Notes under the pieces: model-generated
The model's database searches: none
What the model was told of the DNA's origin: nothing
What the model saw: the letters and a program-made list of their open reading frames with translations, nothing else
Origin: a virus
Strand: one strand, 5' to 3'
IMG/VR virus record: IMGVR_UViG_3300027804_000049
Span: 1-64,000 of that record
DNA length: 64,000 nucleotides
Position numbers and translations under genes: made by a program
Shown: positions 1 to 15,242 of the stretch, piece by piece
Position numbering within the stretch: position 1 is the first letter of the stretch
How the letters are laid out: each line of letters opens with the position of its first letter

Positions 1-2943
<2,943 letters not shown>

Positions 2944-3012
2944 GACTATCTAAATCATCCTTTTTTCCCTAATATAGAATGGCTCCCGGGAATTCTCCCA
3001 CTCGAGTGATAA

Positions 3013-5265
<2,253 letters not shown>

Positions 5266-5281
5266 CCTAAGCAGTTAAGAG

Positions 5282-5318
5282 ACCGCCCGTCTTCCTTGGA
5301 AGGTGGGCGGTTTTCTTT
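5282..5318 (+). terminator. Rho-independent terminator
   Basis: ACCGCCC..CTTCC/GGAAG..GGGCGGT hairpin followed by TTTCTTT. Confidence 0.75.
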
Positions 5319-5384
5319 GTAGTCAAATCTCGAGACTAATAGTATAGTATGCCCTTAGGATCCTGCCCGAAATGAGAGAGCTAA

Positions 5385-8093
5385 ATGCCAATTGACTTTC
5401 CCAATAGCCCGACGGTAAACGATGAGTTTACGTCCGGCTCTACAACCTGGCGTTGGGACGGAAGCGTCTGGAAAGTAGTTCGCGACTTTGCGCCGACGGG
5501 CGCGACTGGTCCAACTGGAGTAACGGGCGCTCAAGGACAAACTGGTATAACAGGCGCGCAAGGCGTAAATTGGCGTGGCGCTTGGGATCTCGTTGCATAC
5601 GAGGTTGATGACGTTGTTATCTACTCTGGAAACTCATACATTTGCGTCACCGCGATTTCAGCTGGTGACTCTGCATCACACACTCCTGGAGTCTCTGCGC
5701 GATGGGAACTTTTCACCGCAAAGGGTAACACCGGAAACACTGGAGCTATTGGACAAACTGGAGCTACTGGAGTTACAGGGTTAACGGGAGTTACGGGAGC
5801 ACAAGGTGTAACAGGTGCTACCGGCTTAACCGGTGTAACCGGTGCGACTGGCCCAGCTGGCGGATCTGCAAACATCTTTGAGTACAAGGCAGATACAAAC
5901 TCACAGGCGGACTCAAATCCTGCAAACGGATATCTTCGTTGGAACAACTCAACGCAAACGAGCGCAACATTTTTATACATTGACAGTATTACAACTGAAG
6001 GCGTAGAAGTTGGTGTTCTTCTTAATCTTTTGAAGGTTCCAGACAAGATCATCATTCAAAAGAAGGCAGTTGCTACCGACTATCAGACATTTACAGTTTC
6101 AGGAACTCCAACTTTTGCAAATGGAAACGGATACATAAAGGTACCCGTTAACCTTGTCGAGTCAAGCGGAGCTGGCACGACTAACTTCTCCAACAATGAC
6201 ACGCTTGATCTCTTCATCTTTACAAGCGGTATCGCTGGACAAACCGGTGTTACTGGCGCAACGGGAGCAGTTGGTGAGACTGGCGCAACAGGCTTAACCG
6301 GAGTTACGGGCGCAACTGGAGCTCAAGGTGAGACTGGCGCAACGGGAGCGCAAGGCAACACTGGAAACACTGGAGTTACTGGCCCAACAGGACCGCAAGG
6401 AACGTCAATTGAATTTAAGGGAAGCGTAGCAAACACGGGCTCACTTCCAACTGGTGCAAACGATGTGAATGATGCTTACATCGTAGATGCTGACGGAGAT
6501 CTTTACGTATGGGATGGATCTCAGTGGAACAGCGTTGGACAGATCGTTGGACCGCAAGGACCAACCGGTAACGCTGGAAATACTGGAGCAACAGGTGCTA
6601 CCGGTGAAACTGGAGCAATGTCTACAGTTGCGGGAAGCGCACCAACAGGAGCCGCGACCGGTGATCTTTGGTATGACTCCGAGTCCGGAAATATCTACGT
6701 TTACTACGATGGTTTTTGGGTAGAAGCTGCATCCGCAAATGATGGGCCAACAGGAAACACCGGAGCTACTGGAGCAACTGGCGCAACAGGTTTAACTGGT
6801 AACACTGGTCCAACTGGTGATGATGGGCAAATGTCTACTGCAGCAACAACTGCTCCTACAGGTGCAGAGACTGGAGACATGTGGTATGACTCCGAGTCTG
6901 GAAACGTTTATGTTTATTATGACGGATATTGGGTCGAGGCTGCGAGCGCAAACGATGGTCCTACAGGTAACACTGGTCCAACTGGTGCAGCGGGGCAAAC
7001 TGGCGCAACTGGCTCTACTGGAATCACAGGTCCTACTGGCACATCAACTCTTACGCGTTATAAGTACACAGCTGCAACAGGCGCAACTGGCGTATCTGGA
7101 GCAGATGATAACGCCGTAACCCTAGCCTACACCGCAGGTAAGGAACAACTTTATCTCAACGGTGTTCTTCTTGTAAGAGGCTCAGACTACACCGCAAGTA
7201 ACGGAACGTCAGTCACGGACATGACCGCGATGGATGCAAACGACGTTGTTGAGATCTTAACCTTTGAGAACTTTAACATTGCTGATGCAATCATTGACAC
7301 AATCGTTGACGCAAAAGGAGATTTACTTGCGGGAACTGCGGCAGATACGGTGGGGCGCCTTGCGGTAGGAACCAACAATCATCGCTTGGTCGCTGCTTCA
7401 GGCGAGGCTACAGGACTTAAATATGTAGCCGATACCCAAAACACAGTAGCGGATGCTAAAGGTGATTTACTGGTTGGCACTGGTGCTGACACAATAGCCC
7501 GCCTAGCAGTAGGCACAAACACATACATTCTTACAGCGGATTCTGCGGAAAGTACAGGCCTGAAATGGGCTGCTCCTGCTGGTGGTGGTTCAATGACATT
7601 AGAAAGCACAACAGCATTTACAGGAAATACTGTCACAGTAACGCTTCCTTCATCTGCACTTGGATATAAAAAATTAATTTTACATCTTGACAATTGGTCT
7701 ATGACAGGTGGAAATGGTTATCACACATGCAGATTTAATAACGATTCAGGGGCTAACTACAGAATCACAGGTCACATGGCTTACACACACGCATCTGATG
7801 CTGTTTATGGTGATGCTGCTGCAACAAAAATTGCATTTCCATATCCTTCAAATATGAATCAAGGTTCATTTGGTAGTGCATGGATGGAAATAAAAAACCC
7901 ATATACAACAACAGGACATAAACTGATTGATGCAATTTACACAGGAACTGAAGGATTAGGAACACCTGCCAACATGATTACCCATATTGGTATTGCTTAC
8001 ACAGGTGGCGCATTAACAACAATTTCATTTGCAAATGATTCAGGTGGTAAGTCTTACAATAACGGCACACTTTATATTTATGGGGTGAAATAA
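5385..8093 (+). CDS. Collagen-like tail fibre with variable C-terminal tip (902 aa)
   Basis: [10 protein letters not shown]-terminus, G-X-T runs, duplicated [11 protein letters not shown].YVYYDGxW knob, DAKGDLL repeats, AT-richer C-terminal domain. Confidence 0.85.
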   Translation: MPIDFPNSPTVNDEFTSGSTTWRWDGSVWKVVRDFAPTGATGPTGVTGAQGQTGITGAQGVNWRGAWDLVAYEVDDVVIYSGNSYICVTAISAGDSASHTPGVSARWELFTAKGNTGNTGAIGQTGATGVTGLTGVTGAQGVTGATGLTGVTGATGPAGGSANIFEYKADTNSQADSNPANGYLRWNNSTQTSATFLYIDSITTEGVEVGVLLNLLKVPDKIIIQKKAVATDYQTFTVSGTPTFANGNGYIKVPVNLVESSGAGTTNFSNNDTLDLFIFTSGIAGQTGVTGATGAVGETGATGLTGVTGATGAQGETGATGAQGNTGNTGVTGPTGPQGTSIEFKGSVANTGSLPTGANDVNDAYIVDADGDLYVWDGSQWNSVGQIVGPQGPTGNAGNTGATGATGETGAMSTVAGSAPTGAATGDLWYDSESGNIYVYYDGFWVEAASANDGPTGNTGATGATGATGLTGNTGPTGDDGQMSTAATTAPTGAETGDMWYDSESGNVYVYYDGYWVEAASANDGPTGNTGPTGAAGQTGATGSTGITGPTGTSTLTRYKYTAATGATGVSGADDNAVTLAYTAGKEQLYLNGVLLVRGSDYTASNGTSVTDMTAMDANDVVEILTFENFNIADAIIDTIVDAKGDLLAGTAADTVGRLAVGTNNHRLVAASGEATGLKYVADTQNTVADAKGDLLVGTGADTIARLAVGTNTYILTADSAESTGLKWAAPAGGGSMTLESTTAFTGNTVTVTLPSSALGYKKLILHLDNWSMTGGNGYHTCRFNNDSGANYRITGHMAYTHASDAVYGDAAATKIAFPYPSNMNQGSFGSAWMEIKNPYTTTGHKLIDAIYTGTEGLGTPANMITHIGIAYTGGALTTISFANDSGGKSYNNGTLYIYGVK
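7509..7540 (+). repeat. 32-bp exact direct repeat, left flank of cassette 1 (second copy 8517-8548)
   Basis: GTAGGCACAAACACATACATTCTTACAGCGGA identical at both sites. Confidence 0.9.
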
Positions 8094-8294
8094 ATGAAAC
8101 CTTTAATAACGATTAATGACAATGGAAATGTTGTAACAAGGGAAATGACAGATGAAGAATTTGAACAAGTCCTTGCAGATGAAGCCTATTACAATGAATT
8201 AAAAGCAACACTTGAAGAAAAAAAGAATCAACGGATTGCACTTCTTGACAAATTAGGGATTACTGAAGATGAGGCTAAACTGCTTCTAGCATAA
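8094..8294 (+). CDS. Small fibre-tip partner / chaperone-like protein
   Basis: Abuts the fibre gene; helical C-terminus LGITEDEAKLLLA parallels 9034..9291. Confidence 0.65.
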   Translation: MKPLITINDNGNVVTREMTDEEFEQVLADEAYYNELKATLEEKKNQRIALLDKLGITEDEAKLLLA

Positions 8295-8305
8295 TCCCTC
8301 AAGAT
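8285..8305 (+). repeat. 21-bp direct repeat, right flank of cassette 1 (second copy 9287-9307, 1 mismatch)
   Basis: TCTAGCATAATCCCTCAAGAT vs TCTAGCACAATCCCTCAAGAT. Confidence 0.9.
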
Positions 8306-8402
8306 AGTTCACAAACAGACAAACAGAAAGGTATGTAGTAACTAATGGCTACAGGTAGAATCGGTACTAGTATTGTCATATACCTTGACAAAGGAGGCAT
8401 AG

Positions 8403-9032
8403 ATGACAAGAGCACGTGATCTTGCGTCAAACTCGACAGGATCAAAACCGACGCTTATTGATGCAAAGGGAGATTTACTTGTTGGAACTGCCGCTGACAC
8501 CGCAGGTCGATTAGTTGTAGGCACAAACACATACATTCTTACAGCGGACTCTGCAGAAACGACAGGATTGAAGTGGGCTGCACCTGCTGCTGGTGGAAAG
8601 GTGTTGCAAGTTGTTAGCGCAACTTATGCAACTGCAACTACTACAACTTCACAAACATACGCGGACACAGGTTTAACTGCAAGTATCACTCCGTCTAGCG
8701 CAAGTAGTAAGGTTTTAGTTTTGACTAATCATCAATTATATGTAGTTAGAGAGTCAGATGAGGCTGGTGCGGCTATTCGTATTATGCGGGGAGCAACTTC
8801 AATCTATGATCCTTTTGGAAATAGAGGAGCGCCATTTTTTAGACAACTTACAGGAAGTCTTACTGAAATATCTGCACAAACAACTTACAGTTATTTAGAT
8901 TCCCCTGCAACAACTTCTGCAACTACATACAAAACACAATTTAGGGTAAAAAATGCCGCTAACAATTGCACGGCGTATGTTCAAGAAAACTCAAGTCCAT
9001 CATCAATTATTTTACTAGAAATAGGTGCATAA
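8403..9032 (+). CDS. Short tail fibre / receptor-binding tip protein (209 aa)
   Basis: AGGAGG SD; [29 protein letters not shown] shared with the 902-aa fibre, then a different beta-rich tip. Confidence 0.75.
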   Translation: MTRARDLASNSTGSKPTLIDAKGDLLVGTAADTAGRLVVGTNTYILTADSAETTGLKWAAPAAGGKVLQVVSATYATATTTTSQTYADTGLTASITPSSASSKVLVLTNHQLYVVRESDEAGAAIRIMRGATSIYDPFGNRGAPFFRQLTGSLTEISAQTTYSYLDSPATTSATTYKTQFRVKNAANNCTAYVQENSSPSSIILLEIGA

Positions 9033-9033
9033 T

Positions 9034-9291
9034 ATGGCAACAGGTGCAGAGGTTTTATCAATGCTACGACCTAACGGCGGTTGGGTAATATCAGCAGATG
9101 ATTTTGATTCTATCCGTTTAGATGAAGGCGTTGCGCCTTTGACTAAAACTGAGTTTGAATCAGGGTTTGCTCAATATGATGCTTGGAAGGCTGAGCAAGA
9201 TGCTGCTAAAGCCCAAGCCAAAGCCTCAGCCGAAACTAAGTTACAGGCTCTAGGTCTAACCACCGATGATTTGAAAGCCCTTGGTCTCTAG
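9034..9291 (+). CDS. Small fibre-tip partner / chaperone-like protein
   Basis: ATG at 9034 just after the tip gene stop; ends LGLTTDDLKALGL. Confidence 0.65.
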   Translation: MATGAEVLSMLRPNGGWVISADDFDSIRLDEGVAPLTKTEFESGFAQYDAWKAEQDAAKAQAKASAETKLQALGLTTDDLKALGL

Positions 9292-9460
9292 CACAATCCC
9301 TCAAGATTATGCAACATGAAGCCGCGTTTATACATTAACCTTTCCTTTAACTAGGAAAAGGATAATCTTATAGAGGTGTTCCTAACCACAGGAAGAACGC
9401 AAAACGATCACCGCAGGCAGTTTCCTGTTATGATGACTCCAAGCTCAAAAGGAGATAGAC

Positions 9461-9718
9461 ATGGCCGCGATTGATTTTCCTAACTCGCCGACGGTGAATG
9501 ACACACACACCGTTGGAGATAGAACCTGGAAGTGGAATGGTTCTGTTTGGGCAGTCGTTCGTGCAACTGATATTTTAGTAGGTCCTACCGGAGCTACTGG
9601 AGCTGTGGGAAATACAGGTGCAACAGGTATGACTGGAAGCACAGGTGCAACAGGCACGACTGGAAGTGTTAATATTCATGATGCAAGCGCCGCGTTTGCT
9701 ATTCAGGTATTTGGATAA
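9461..9718 (+). CDS. Mini collagen-like protein with the shared N-terminal anchor motif
   Basis: [21 protein letters not shown] plus short G-X-T run; AGGAG SD. Confidence 0.75.
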   Translation: MAAIDFPNSPTVNDTHTVGDRTWKWNGSVWAVVRATDILVGPTGATGAVGNTGATGMTGSTGATGTTGSVNIHDASAAFAIQVFG

Positions 9719-9734
9719 GGAGAAATAAACTACT

Positions 9735-10094
9735 ATGGCAACAACTATTACCCGCGTCCCACTTTCAGGCTCTACGCATGGTCGTGGAATCAAGGTTGCC
9801 GCAACTGCATCTGCTGGCGATACTATTCACACCGCAACTTCATCAACAACAGACTGTGATGTTGTAACACTTTATGCTTATAACTCAAGTGGCTCGGCTG
9901 TAAACCTAACTCTACAATGGGGCGGAACAACCGCAGTTGATGATGACATTAAGTTATCAATTCCAGCAACATCTGGTCTTACTCTTTTAGTTCCTGATTT
10001 GGTTCTTCGCAACTCCTTGATTGTAAAAGCTTACGCTGGAACAACAAATGTTGTAACAATTCACGGATTCGTAAACCGCGTCGCTACTACCTGA
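9735..10094 (+). CDS. Small beta-rich putative virion protein
   Basis: Thr/Ser/Val-rich 119 aa with AGGAG SD, inside the fibre operon. Confidence 0.6.
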   Translation: MATTITRVPLSGSTHGRGIKVAATASAGDTIHTATSSTTDCDVVTLYAYNSSGSAVNLTLQWGGTTAVDDDIKLSIPATSGLTLLVPDLVLRNSLIVKAYAGTTNVVTIHGFVNRVATT

Positions 10095-10108
10095 TAGGAG
10101 CCTAGCGC

Positions 10109-11119
10109 GTGTCGCTAATCAACCGCTTGTTGAAGGCTAACCCGTCAGCGCAAGTTTCAGATATGCTGACTGGGTATTTTGTCATTCCTTCTGCCAAGCA
10201 AGATTTTGTTGGAAATGCGAGAGCGTTATGGATTGGTGGAAACACAAGTCATACAAAACAAACTACGATTGATTACATTAACATCAATTCATTAAGCAAT
10301 GCCACAGATTTTGGTGATTTAACAACCGCCTCTAATGCTGCTCTATCAAGCGCCGCATCCAGCACAAGAGCGGTTTTTGGAAGAGATACCGATAATGAAT
10401 TTGAATATGTGACTTTTGATACACTTGGTAACTCAACAGATTTTGGTGACTTTTCAGCGTCACAGCGCAGAAATGCTTCGGCAGGTGTATCTGATAGCAC
10501 TCGCGGTATTTTTGCTGGTGGTTTACACCCTACTACCGAAGCAAGATTTAATACTATTGACTACTTAACGATTGCTACAACTGGTAACTTAACAGATTTT
10601 GGAGATTTAACTTTAGCAAGATATGATTTAATCGGTGCGGCTTCAACAACAAGAGGATTATGGGCTGGCGGAAACTTTAACGCTTCGGGCGCTGGCGTTG
10701 TAAATGAAATAGATTATGTGACTATTGCTTCCACAGGAAATGCTACTGACTTTGGTGATTTGACCGTTGCTAGAGACGGCTCAGGTGGAGGCTCAAATAG
10801 CACCCGCGCCATTTTTTCAGGCGGTAACCTTGCCAGTACCGCTATTACAAACACAATAGACTACATAACAATCGCCTCAACTGGCAACGCCACAGATTTT
10901 GGAGATTTTTCATCAAATCGTAGGTATCAAAGTGGTGTTGCTGGACCTACGCGTCTTGTACTAACTGGTGGTTTAACAACACAAGGCGGCACTTATTCAA
11001 TATCTGTAACTATGGAGTATTTAACAATCGCAACAACTGGAAACTCAACAACATTTGGTGATTTATCTCAAAGTCGTTGGCGTCTTGCTGGCGCAAGTTC
11101 TGTTCACGGAGGAATCTAA
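10109..11119 (+). CDS. Repeat protein, probable beta-propeller (IDYxTIAxTGNATDFGDL repeats)
   Basis: Six ~48-aa repeats. Confidence 0.75.
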   Translation: MSLINRLLKANPSAQVSDMLTGYFVIPSAKQDFVGNARALWIGGNTSHTKQTTIDYININSLSNATDFGDLTTASNAALSSAASSTRAVFGRDTDNEFEYVTFDTLGNSTDFGDFSASQRRNASAGVSDSTRGIFAGGLHPTTEARFNTIDYLTIATTGNLTDFGDLTLARYDLIGAASTTRGLWAGGNFNASGAGVVNEIDYVTIASTGNATDFGDLTVARDGSGGGSNSTRAIFSGGNLASTAITNTIDYITIASTGNATDFGDFSSNRRYQSGVAGPTRLVLTGGLTTQGGTYSISVTMEYLTIATTGNSTTFGDLSQSRWRLAGASSVHGGI

Positions 11120-12097
11120 ATGACCTATTTACCACAAATTAGAATCCTTGTACCCAGCGCACAGGTAAGCAGTTATACAACTGGGTCTTTTAATTTACCT
11201 AGTGCTAGACAGGCGTTTGTTCCCCCTCTTCCTTCTGGCACAGCGGTTTTTGCTGGTGGCACTAGCAACTCAAATGTAATTTCTTATATTGATATAGCCA
11301 CTACTGGCAACGCAGTTGATTTTGGTGATTTAACTCAAGGAAGGGGTGCTGTTAGTGGGCTTGGGTCATCTACTAGAGGTGTATTTTGTGGAGGAAATAA
11401 CGGGTCAAATGTAAATACTATGGACTATATTGCATTTGCCAGCACAGGCAATGCAATAGATTTTGGTGACCTCGCGGATGTTTCTCAACGACCTGCTACA
11501 TGTTCAAATGGTACGCGCGGAATTATTACTCTTGGTCTTTCTTCAGGCGGTTATGGAAATGTCATAAATTACATCACTATCGCTACAACTGGCAATGGCA
11601 CCGACTTTGGCGACTCTACACAGAATCACGGATTTGCTGCTGCTTGTGCTAGTACAACGCGAGGAGTTGTTGGTGCTAGATTCTTAGGAAGTAATACTGA
11701 CTCTAATGTTATTGACTATGTAACTATCGCAACTACAGGAAACGCAACTGATTTTGGCGATGCCTCAGTTACGCGGCACAATAATGCAAGTTGTTCTAGC
11801 AATACGCGTGGTATTTGGGCTGGAGGAACTAATAGTAGCGATACAACTTTTAATGTTATTGACTATGTAACTATCGCAACTACAGGAAACGCAACTGATT
11901 TTGGCGACTTGAGTGTAGGAAGAATCCAACCGTCAGGAACTTCTAATACTACTAGAGGAGTTTTTGCTAATGGCAGCAGTGGTAATGTTATTGACTACAT
12001 AACAATAGCCTCGACTGGAAATGCACTAGATTTTGGTGACTTAACAGCCAACGGTCTAGGTTCTGCCGCCGCATCGGGAAGTCACGGAGGAATCTAA
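11120..12097 (+). CDS. Paralogous beta-propeller repeat protein
   Basis: Same repeat; shares the PSAQVS N-terminal motif and HGGI C-terminus with the previous gene. Confidence 0.75.
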   Translation: MTYLPQIRILVPSAQVSSYTTGSFNLPSARQAFVPPLPSGTAVFAGGTSNSNVISYIDIATTGNAVDFGDLTQGRGAVSGLGSSTRGVFCGGNNGSNVNTMDYIAFASTGNAIDFGDLADVSQRPATCSNGTRGIITLGLSSGGYGNVINYITIATTGNGTDFGDSTQNHGFAAACASTTRGVVGARFLGSNTDSNVIDYVTIATTGNATDFGDASVTRHNNASCSSNTRGIWAGGTNSSDTTFNVIDYVTIATTGNATDFGDLSVGRIQPSGTSNTTRGVFANGSSGNVIDYITIASTGNALDFGDLTANGLGSAAASGSHGGI

Positions 12098-12951
12098 TGA
12101 CAGAAATACAAAAATCAAATGAGAGGCAATTCATGGAAATAGCACTACAAGAGGTAAGCAACGAGTTAGCAATAACTCCTGAGTACAAAGGGATGTTAGA
12201 GCATATAAATGCCAACCTTCCTGCTATTAGTCGTGACTCCGAAAACTTTTACAAGTCCGCTTCTCAGTTTAAGAATGTGACCTTAGATGTAACCGACTTA
12301 ACCCCAATGGGCTCTCTCAAGCATATCTTGGCAGTCATTGACCGCACCCGTATGGCTTTAGAAGAAGCCCACATTGCGGTTCGGCGTAAACAAATTGAAT
12401 TAAAGAAAAAGACACTTGAGTATGACAATGCCGAGGAAGGTTATGATAAAGAACTTCTTTGGGTTGATATTGTTGAAATTAACAATCATCTTAATAACTC
12501 AGAAAACTCAGTTAAAGGCGCTTTGCGTAAATTAAGTTTTTTCACTACCCAATATCAAGCCATAATGGAAAAATTAGGTAAGGAAGAAATTACTGAGGAA
12601 GACTACGAATTAAACGAATCACGTCACCATGTTATGACCGCCATGAAACAAGCCCTATGTGCGGCTAGAACTAGAGGCGGAATCATTGATGAGGGTAATC
12701 AAATCTATTTATTTGATATGGGTATAAATGGAACAGTCGCCCAAGCAGAAATGTTTGCCTACCTACAAGCCGAACAAGAAATGCTCGCTAAAGGTGAAGA
12801 ACCAACCCATGAACTTACAATGAAATGGCTTGAGGCTTGCGCTGATAAGTTTGCTAATTGCGGGGCAAAGTTCGCAGAACTTCGTGGTTTTATCCCACTC
12901 GACAGAAAATCACTAGCAAAGGAGATTTCAAGTGGCAAAGAAAGTAATTAG
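12097..12951 (+). CDS. Hypothetical helical/coiled-coil protein (284 aa)
   Basis: TAATG coupling to the propeller gene; Glu/Lys-rich helical composition. Confidence 0.65.
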   Translation: MTEIQKSNERQFMEIALQEVSNELAITPEYKGMLEHINANLPAISRDSENFYKSASQFKNVTLDVTDLTPMGSLKHILAVIDRTRMALEEAHIAVRRKQIELKKKTLEYDNAEEGYDKELLWVDIVEINNHLNNSENSVKGALRKLSFFTTQYQAIMEKLGKEEITEEDYELNESRHHVMTAMKQALCAARTRGGIIDEGNQIYLFDMGINGTVAQAEMFAYLQAEQEMLAKGEEPTHELTMKWLEACADKFANCGAKFAELRGFIPLDRKSLAKEISSGKESN

Positions 12952-13228
12952 CTATAAATTAAATGAAGATGGCACCATTCCTGATTATGTAGAAGATGGT
13001 GGCTATCTAGCAAAAGAGCCAAATGACACACCTAACATGGTTGTTCTTGGTATCTCAAAAGATGGCGCTGACACTTCAGGAGCGGTGGCTGAGTTCACTA
13101 ACGAGGCAAGCGCAGTTACTTATGTTGAAACATATTTGAGTGATACAACATGGACAGAACCATCAGGCGTAGAGAGAACTTTTGTTGTAACCGATGCGGT
13201 ATCAGACCTTTTTGCTAAACTAGTGTAG
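12932..13228 (+). CDS. Hypothetical protein (98 aa)
   Basis: GTG start with AGGAG SD; overlaps the previous stop. Confidence 0.6.
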   Translation: MAKKVISYKLNEDGTIPDYVEDGGYLAKEPNDTPNMVVLGISKDGADTSGAVAEFTNEASAVTYVETYLSDTTWTEPSGVERTFVVTDAVSDLFAKLV

Positions 13229-13273
13229 TTTTAGTGCACGCGTAAAACAAGCAAGATATGATACAGTGACGCC

Positions 13274-14344
13274 ATGAAAGTTGCCGCCTATTGCGTTGCC
13301 CTTAATGAGGAAAAACATGTCGAAAGGTGGGTTGAAACCACCGCGGGTGCAGATTATCGCCTAGTGTGTGATACAGGATCTACAGACGGCACGGTTGAAA
13401 AGTTACGCTCATTAGGCGTAACCGTATTTGAGATTCGAGTTAGACCTTGGCGTTTTGACGTTGCACGTAACGCGGCGCTTGCACTTTTGCCAGACGATGT
13501 CGTTGTATGTCACGTAATTGATATGGACGAGGCAGTTGACGTAGATTTTTATGACAAGGTACGTGAAAACTGGCAGGAGGGCGCAAATAAAGGTTGGCAC
13601 GAGTTTGATACAGGTCACGTGTGGATGGGAGCCCGTTTACACGCACGACACGGAATTTACTGGCGTTGGCCAGTTCACGAGGCATTTGTTCCATCACTAA
13701 ATACACCGTTGCGCAGCGTAACAATTCCATCAAAGATGTATCACAAGCCGGATAATACAAAATCGCGCAGTCAGTATCTATCAATGTTAATTAACGCAAG
13801 TAAGGAATTTCCAAAGGATCACCGCATCTGGGTGTACCTCTGTCGCGAGTACACGTTTAATAGGATGTGGGAACTTGTAATTCAAGCTGCAGAGCAGGTA
13901 ATAAAGTATAGTGATGATTGGTTTGTTGAGAGAGCTGCAGTGTGTCGTTGGGCAAGCGAGGCTAATCGCATGCTTGGTAACATTGAGGAGGCGCATCGTT
14001 GGGCCGATAAGGCAGTTGAGATTGATCCCTGCGGTGAAAATTACTTTGAAAAAGTTAGATGTTACTACGCGCAATCAGACTGGAGTAACATGTGGGAAAC
14101 TTGTAAGAAGGTTGCTGCATGCGATCCAACAAAACACTATCTATCAAGTGAGGCATTGTGGAAATGGCAACTTGATGATATGCGTGCACTTTCCGCGCAC
14201 TATCTTGGTGATAAGAGAAAAGCTGTTAAGTATGGACAAAGTGCGTATGATAATAACCCTAGTGATACGCGACTTAAAAATAACATTGACTGGTATAACA
14301 AGGGTATTGAAGAGCAGATAAAGGCTAATAACCCGAGTGAGTAA
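13274..14344 (+). CDS. GT2-family glycosyltransferase with C-terminal TPR-like helices
   Basis: NEE, DTGSTDGT, FDVARN, DMDE (DxD), VHE motifs; helical repeats ending ..RLKNN. Confidence 0.85.
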   Translation: MKVAAYCVALNEEKHVERWVETTAGADYRLVCDTGSTDGTVEKLRSLGVTVFEIRVRPWRFDVARNAALALLPDDVVVCHVIDMDEAVDVDFYDKVRENWQEGANKGWHEFDTGHVWMGARLHARHGIYWRWPVHEAFVPSLNTPLRSVTIPSKMYHKPDNTKSRSQYLSMLINASKEFPKDHRIWVYLCREYTFNRMWELVIQAAEQVIKYSDDWFVERAAVCRWASEANRMLGNIEEAHRWADKAVEIDPCGENYFEKVRCYYAQSDWSNMWETCKKVAACDPTKHYLSSEALWKWQLDDMRALSAHYLGDKRKAVKYGQSAYDNNPSDTRLKNNIDWYNKGIEEQIKANNPSE

Positions 14345-15242
14345 TATCTTTATTGCCATATTGGCAAAGCAAAAGGAAGGAGTTTTGCCTTTATTCTTGC
14401 GCTCGCTTTATGAGCTTGACTACCCTAAGGAAAACATATCACTATACGTAAGAACAAATAACAACACGGATAACACGAAGGAAATCTTAGAAAGTTGGCT
14501 AGCTAAACACCGAGCAGAATATCGCTACGTATCCTATGATAGCAGTGATATTGCAGACGCAGTTCAAGAATACAAGGTTCATGAGTGGAACGGCGTACGT
14601 TTTCGCGCACTTGCTAAGATACGTCAGGCAAGTATAGATGCGTGTCTACAAAGTGATTGTGATTACTACTTTGTAATTGACGTTGATAACTTTTTATTTC
14701 CTGAAACGCTAAAGGATCTTATAGAGGCTAACAAACCTATAGTCGCGCCACTGCTACGTTACGCGGTTGCAAATGACGAGTTTCCAGATACACCTGAGGA
14801 CCAGGAGCGTGTGGGAAGTCACAAGTGTCGCTACTACTCGAATTACCACCACATGGTAGACGACTATGGCTCAATATTAAATGAGCCAGTGTATTATCAA
14901 CTTCTTTACCGCGTTCAAGGATATAAGGGAATTTGGGATGTTGATTGCGTGCATTGCACATATCTTATACAACGTAAATACTTAGACAAGCTTACGTATC
15001 TCGAGGATTCTGATCGCTATGAGTACATGGTATTTTCAGAGTCAGCGCGTAAGGCTAAAATTAACCAGTATCTCGATAATCGCAAGATCTACGGAATACT
15101 TACACTCACTGAAAATGCTAAAGTCTGCGAGTGGTTATTTGATAATCTAAAGGATATGGAGACGCGCGACGAGCGCTATCAACAACATAATCCACAGGAT
15201 GTCTTTTACACGCCTTCTAATGCAGTTATACTAGCTGACTAA
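14337..15242 (+). CDS. GT-A glycosyltransferase resembling the COLGALT (GT25) N-terminal / PLOD accessory domain
   Basis: IAILA..LDYPK..I..NTDNT.EIL..W..RF..KIRQA..DY.F.IDVDNFL..TL..LI..NK.IVAPLL..YSN..VHCTYLI mirrors the remembered COLGALT sequence. Confidence 0.75.
   Translation: MSNIFIAILAKQKEGVLPLFLRSLYELDYPKENISLYVRTNNNTDNTKEILESWLAKHRAEYRYVSYDSSDIADAVQEYKVHEWNGVRFRALAKIRQASIDACLQSDCDYYFVIDVDNFLFPETLKDLIEANKPIVAPLLRYAVANDEFPDTPEDQERVGSHKCRYYSNYHHMVDDYGSILNEPVYYQLLYRVQGYKGIWDVDCVHCTYLIQRKYLDKLTYLEDSDRYEYMVFSESARKAKINQYLDNRKIYGILTLTENAKVCEWLFDNLKDMETRDERYQQHNPQDVFYTPSNAVILAD

Noticed and set aside
7509-9307. Diversity-generating retroelement (TR/VR pair) or invertase shufflon
   Set aside because: Repeats are short and direct, differences are not adenine-specific, and no reverse transcriptase or invertase is visible in the window
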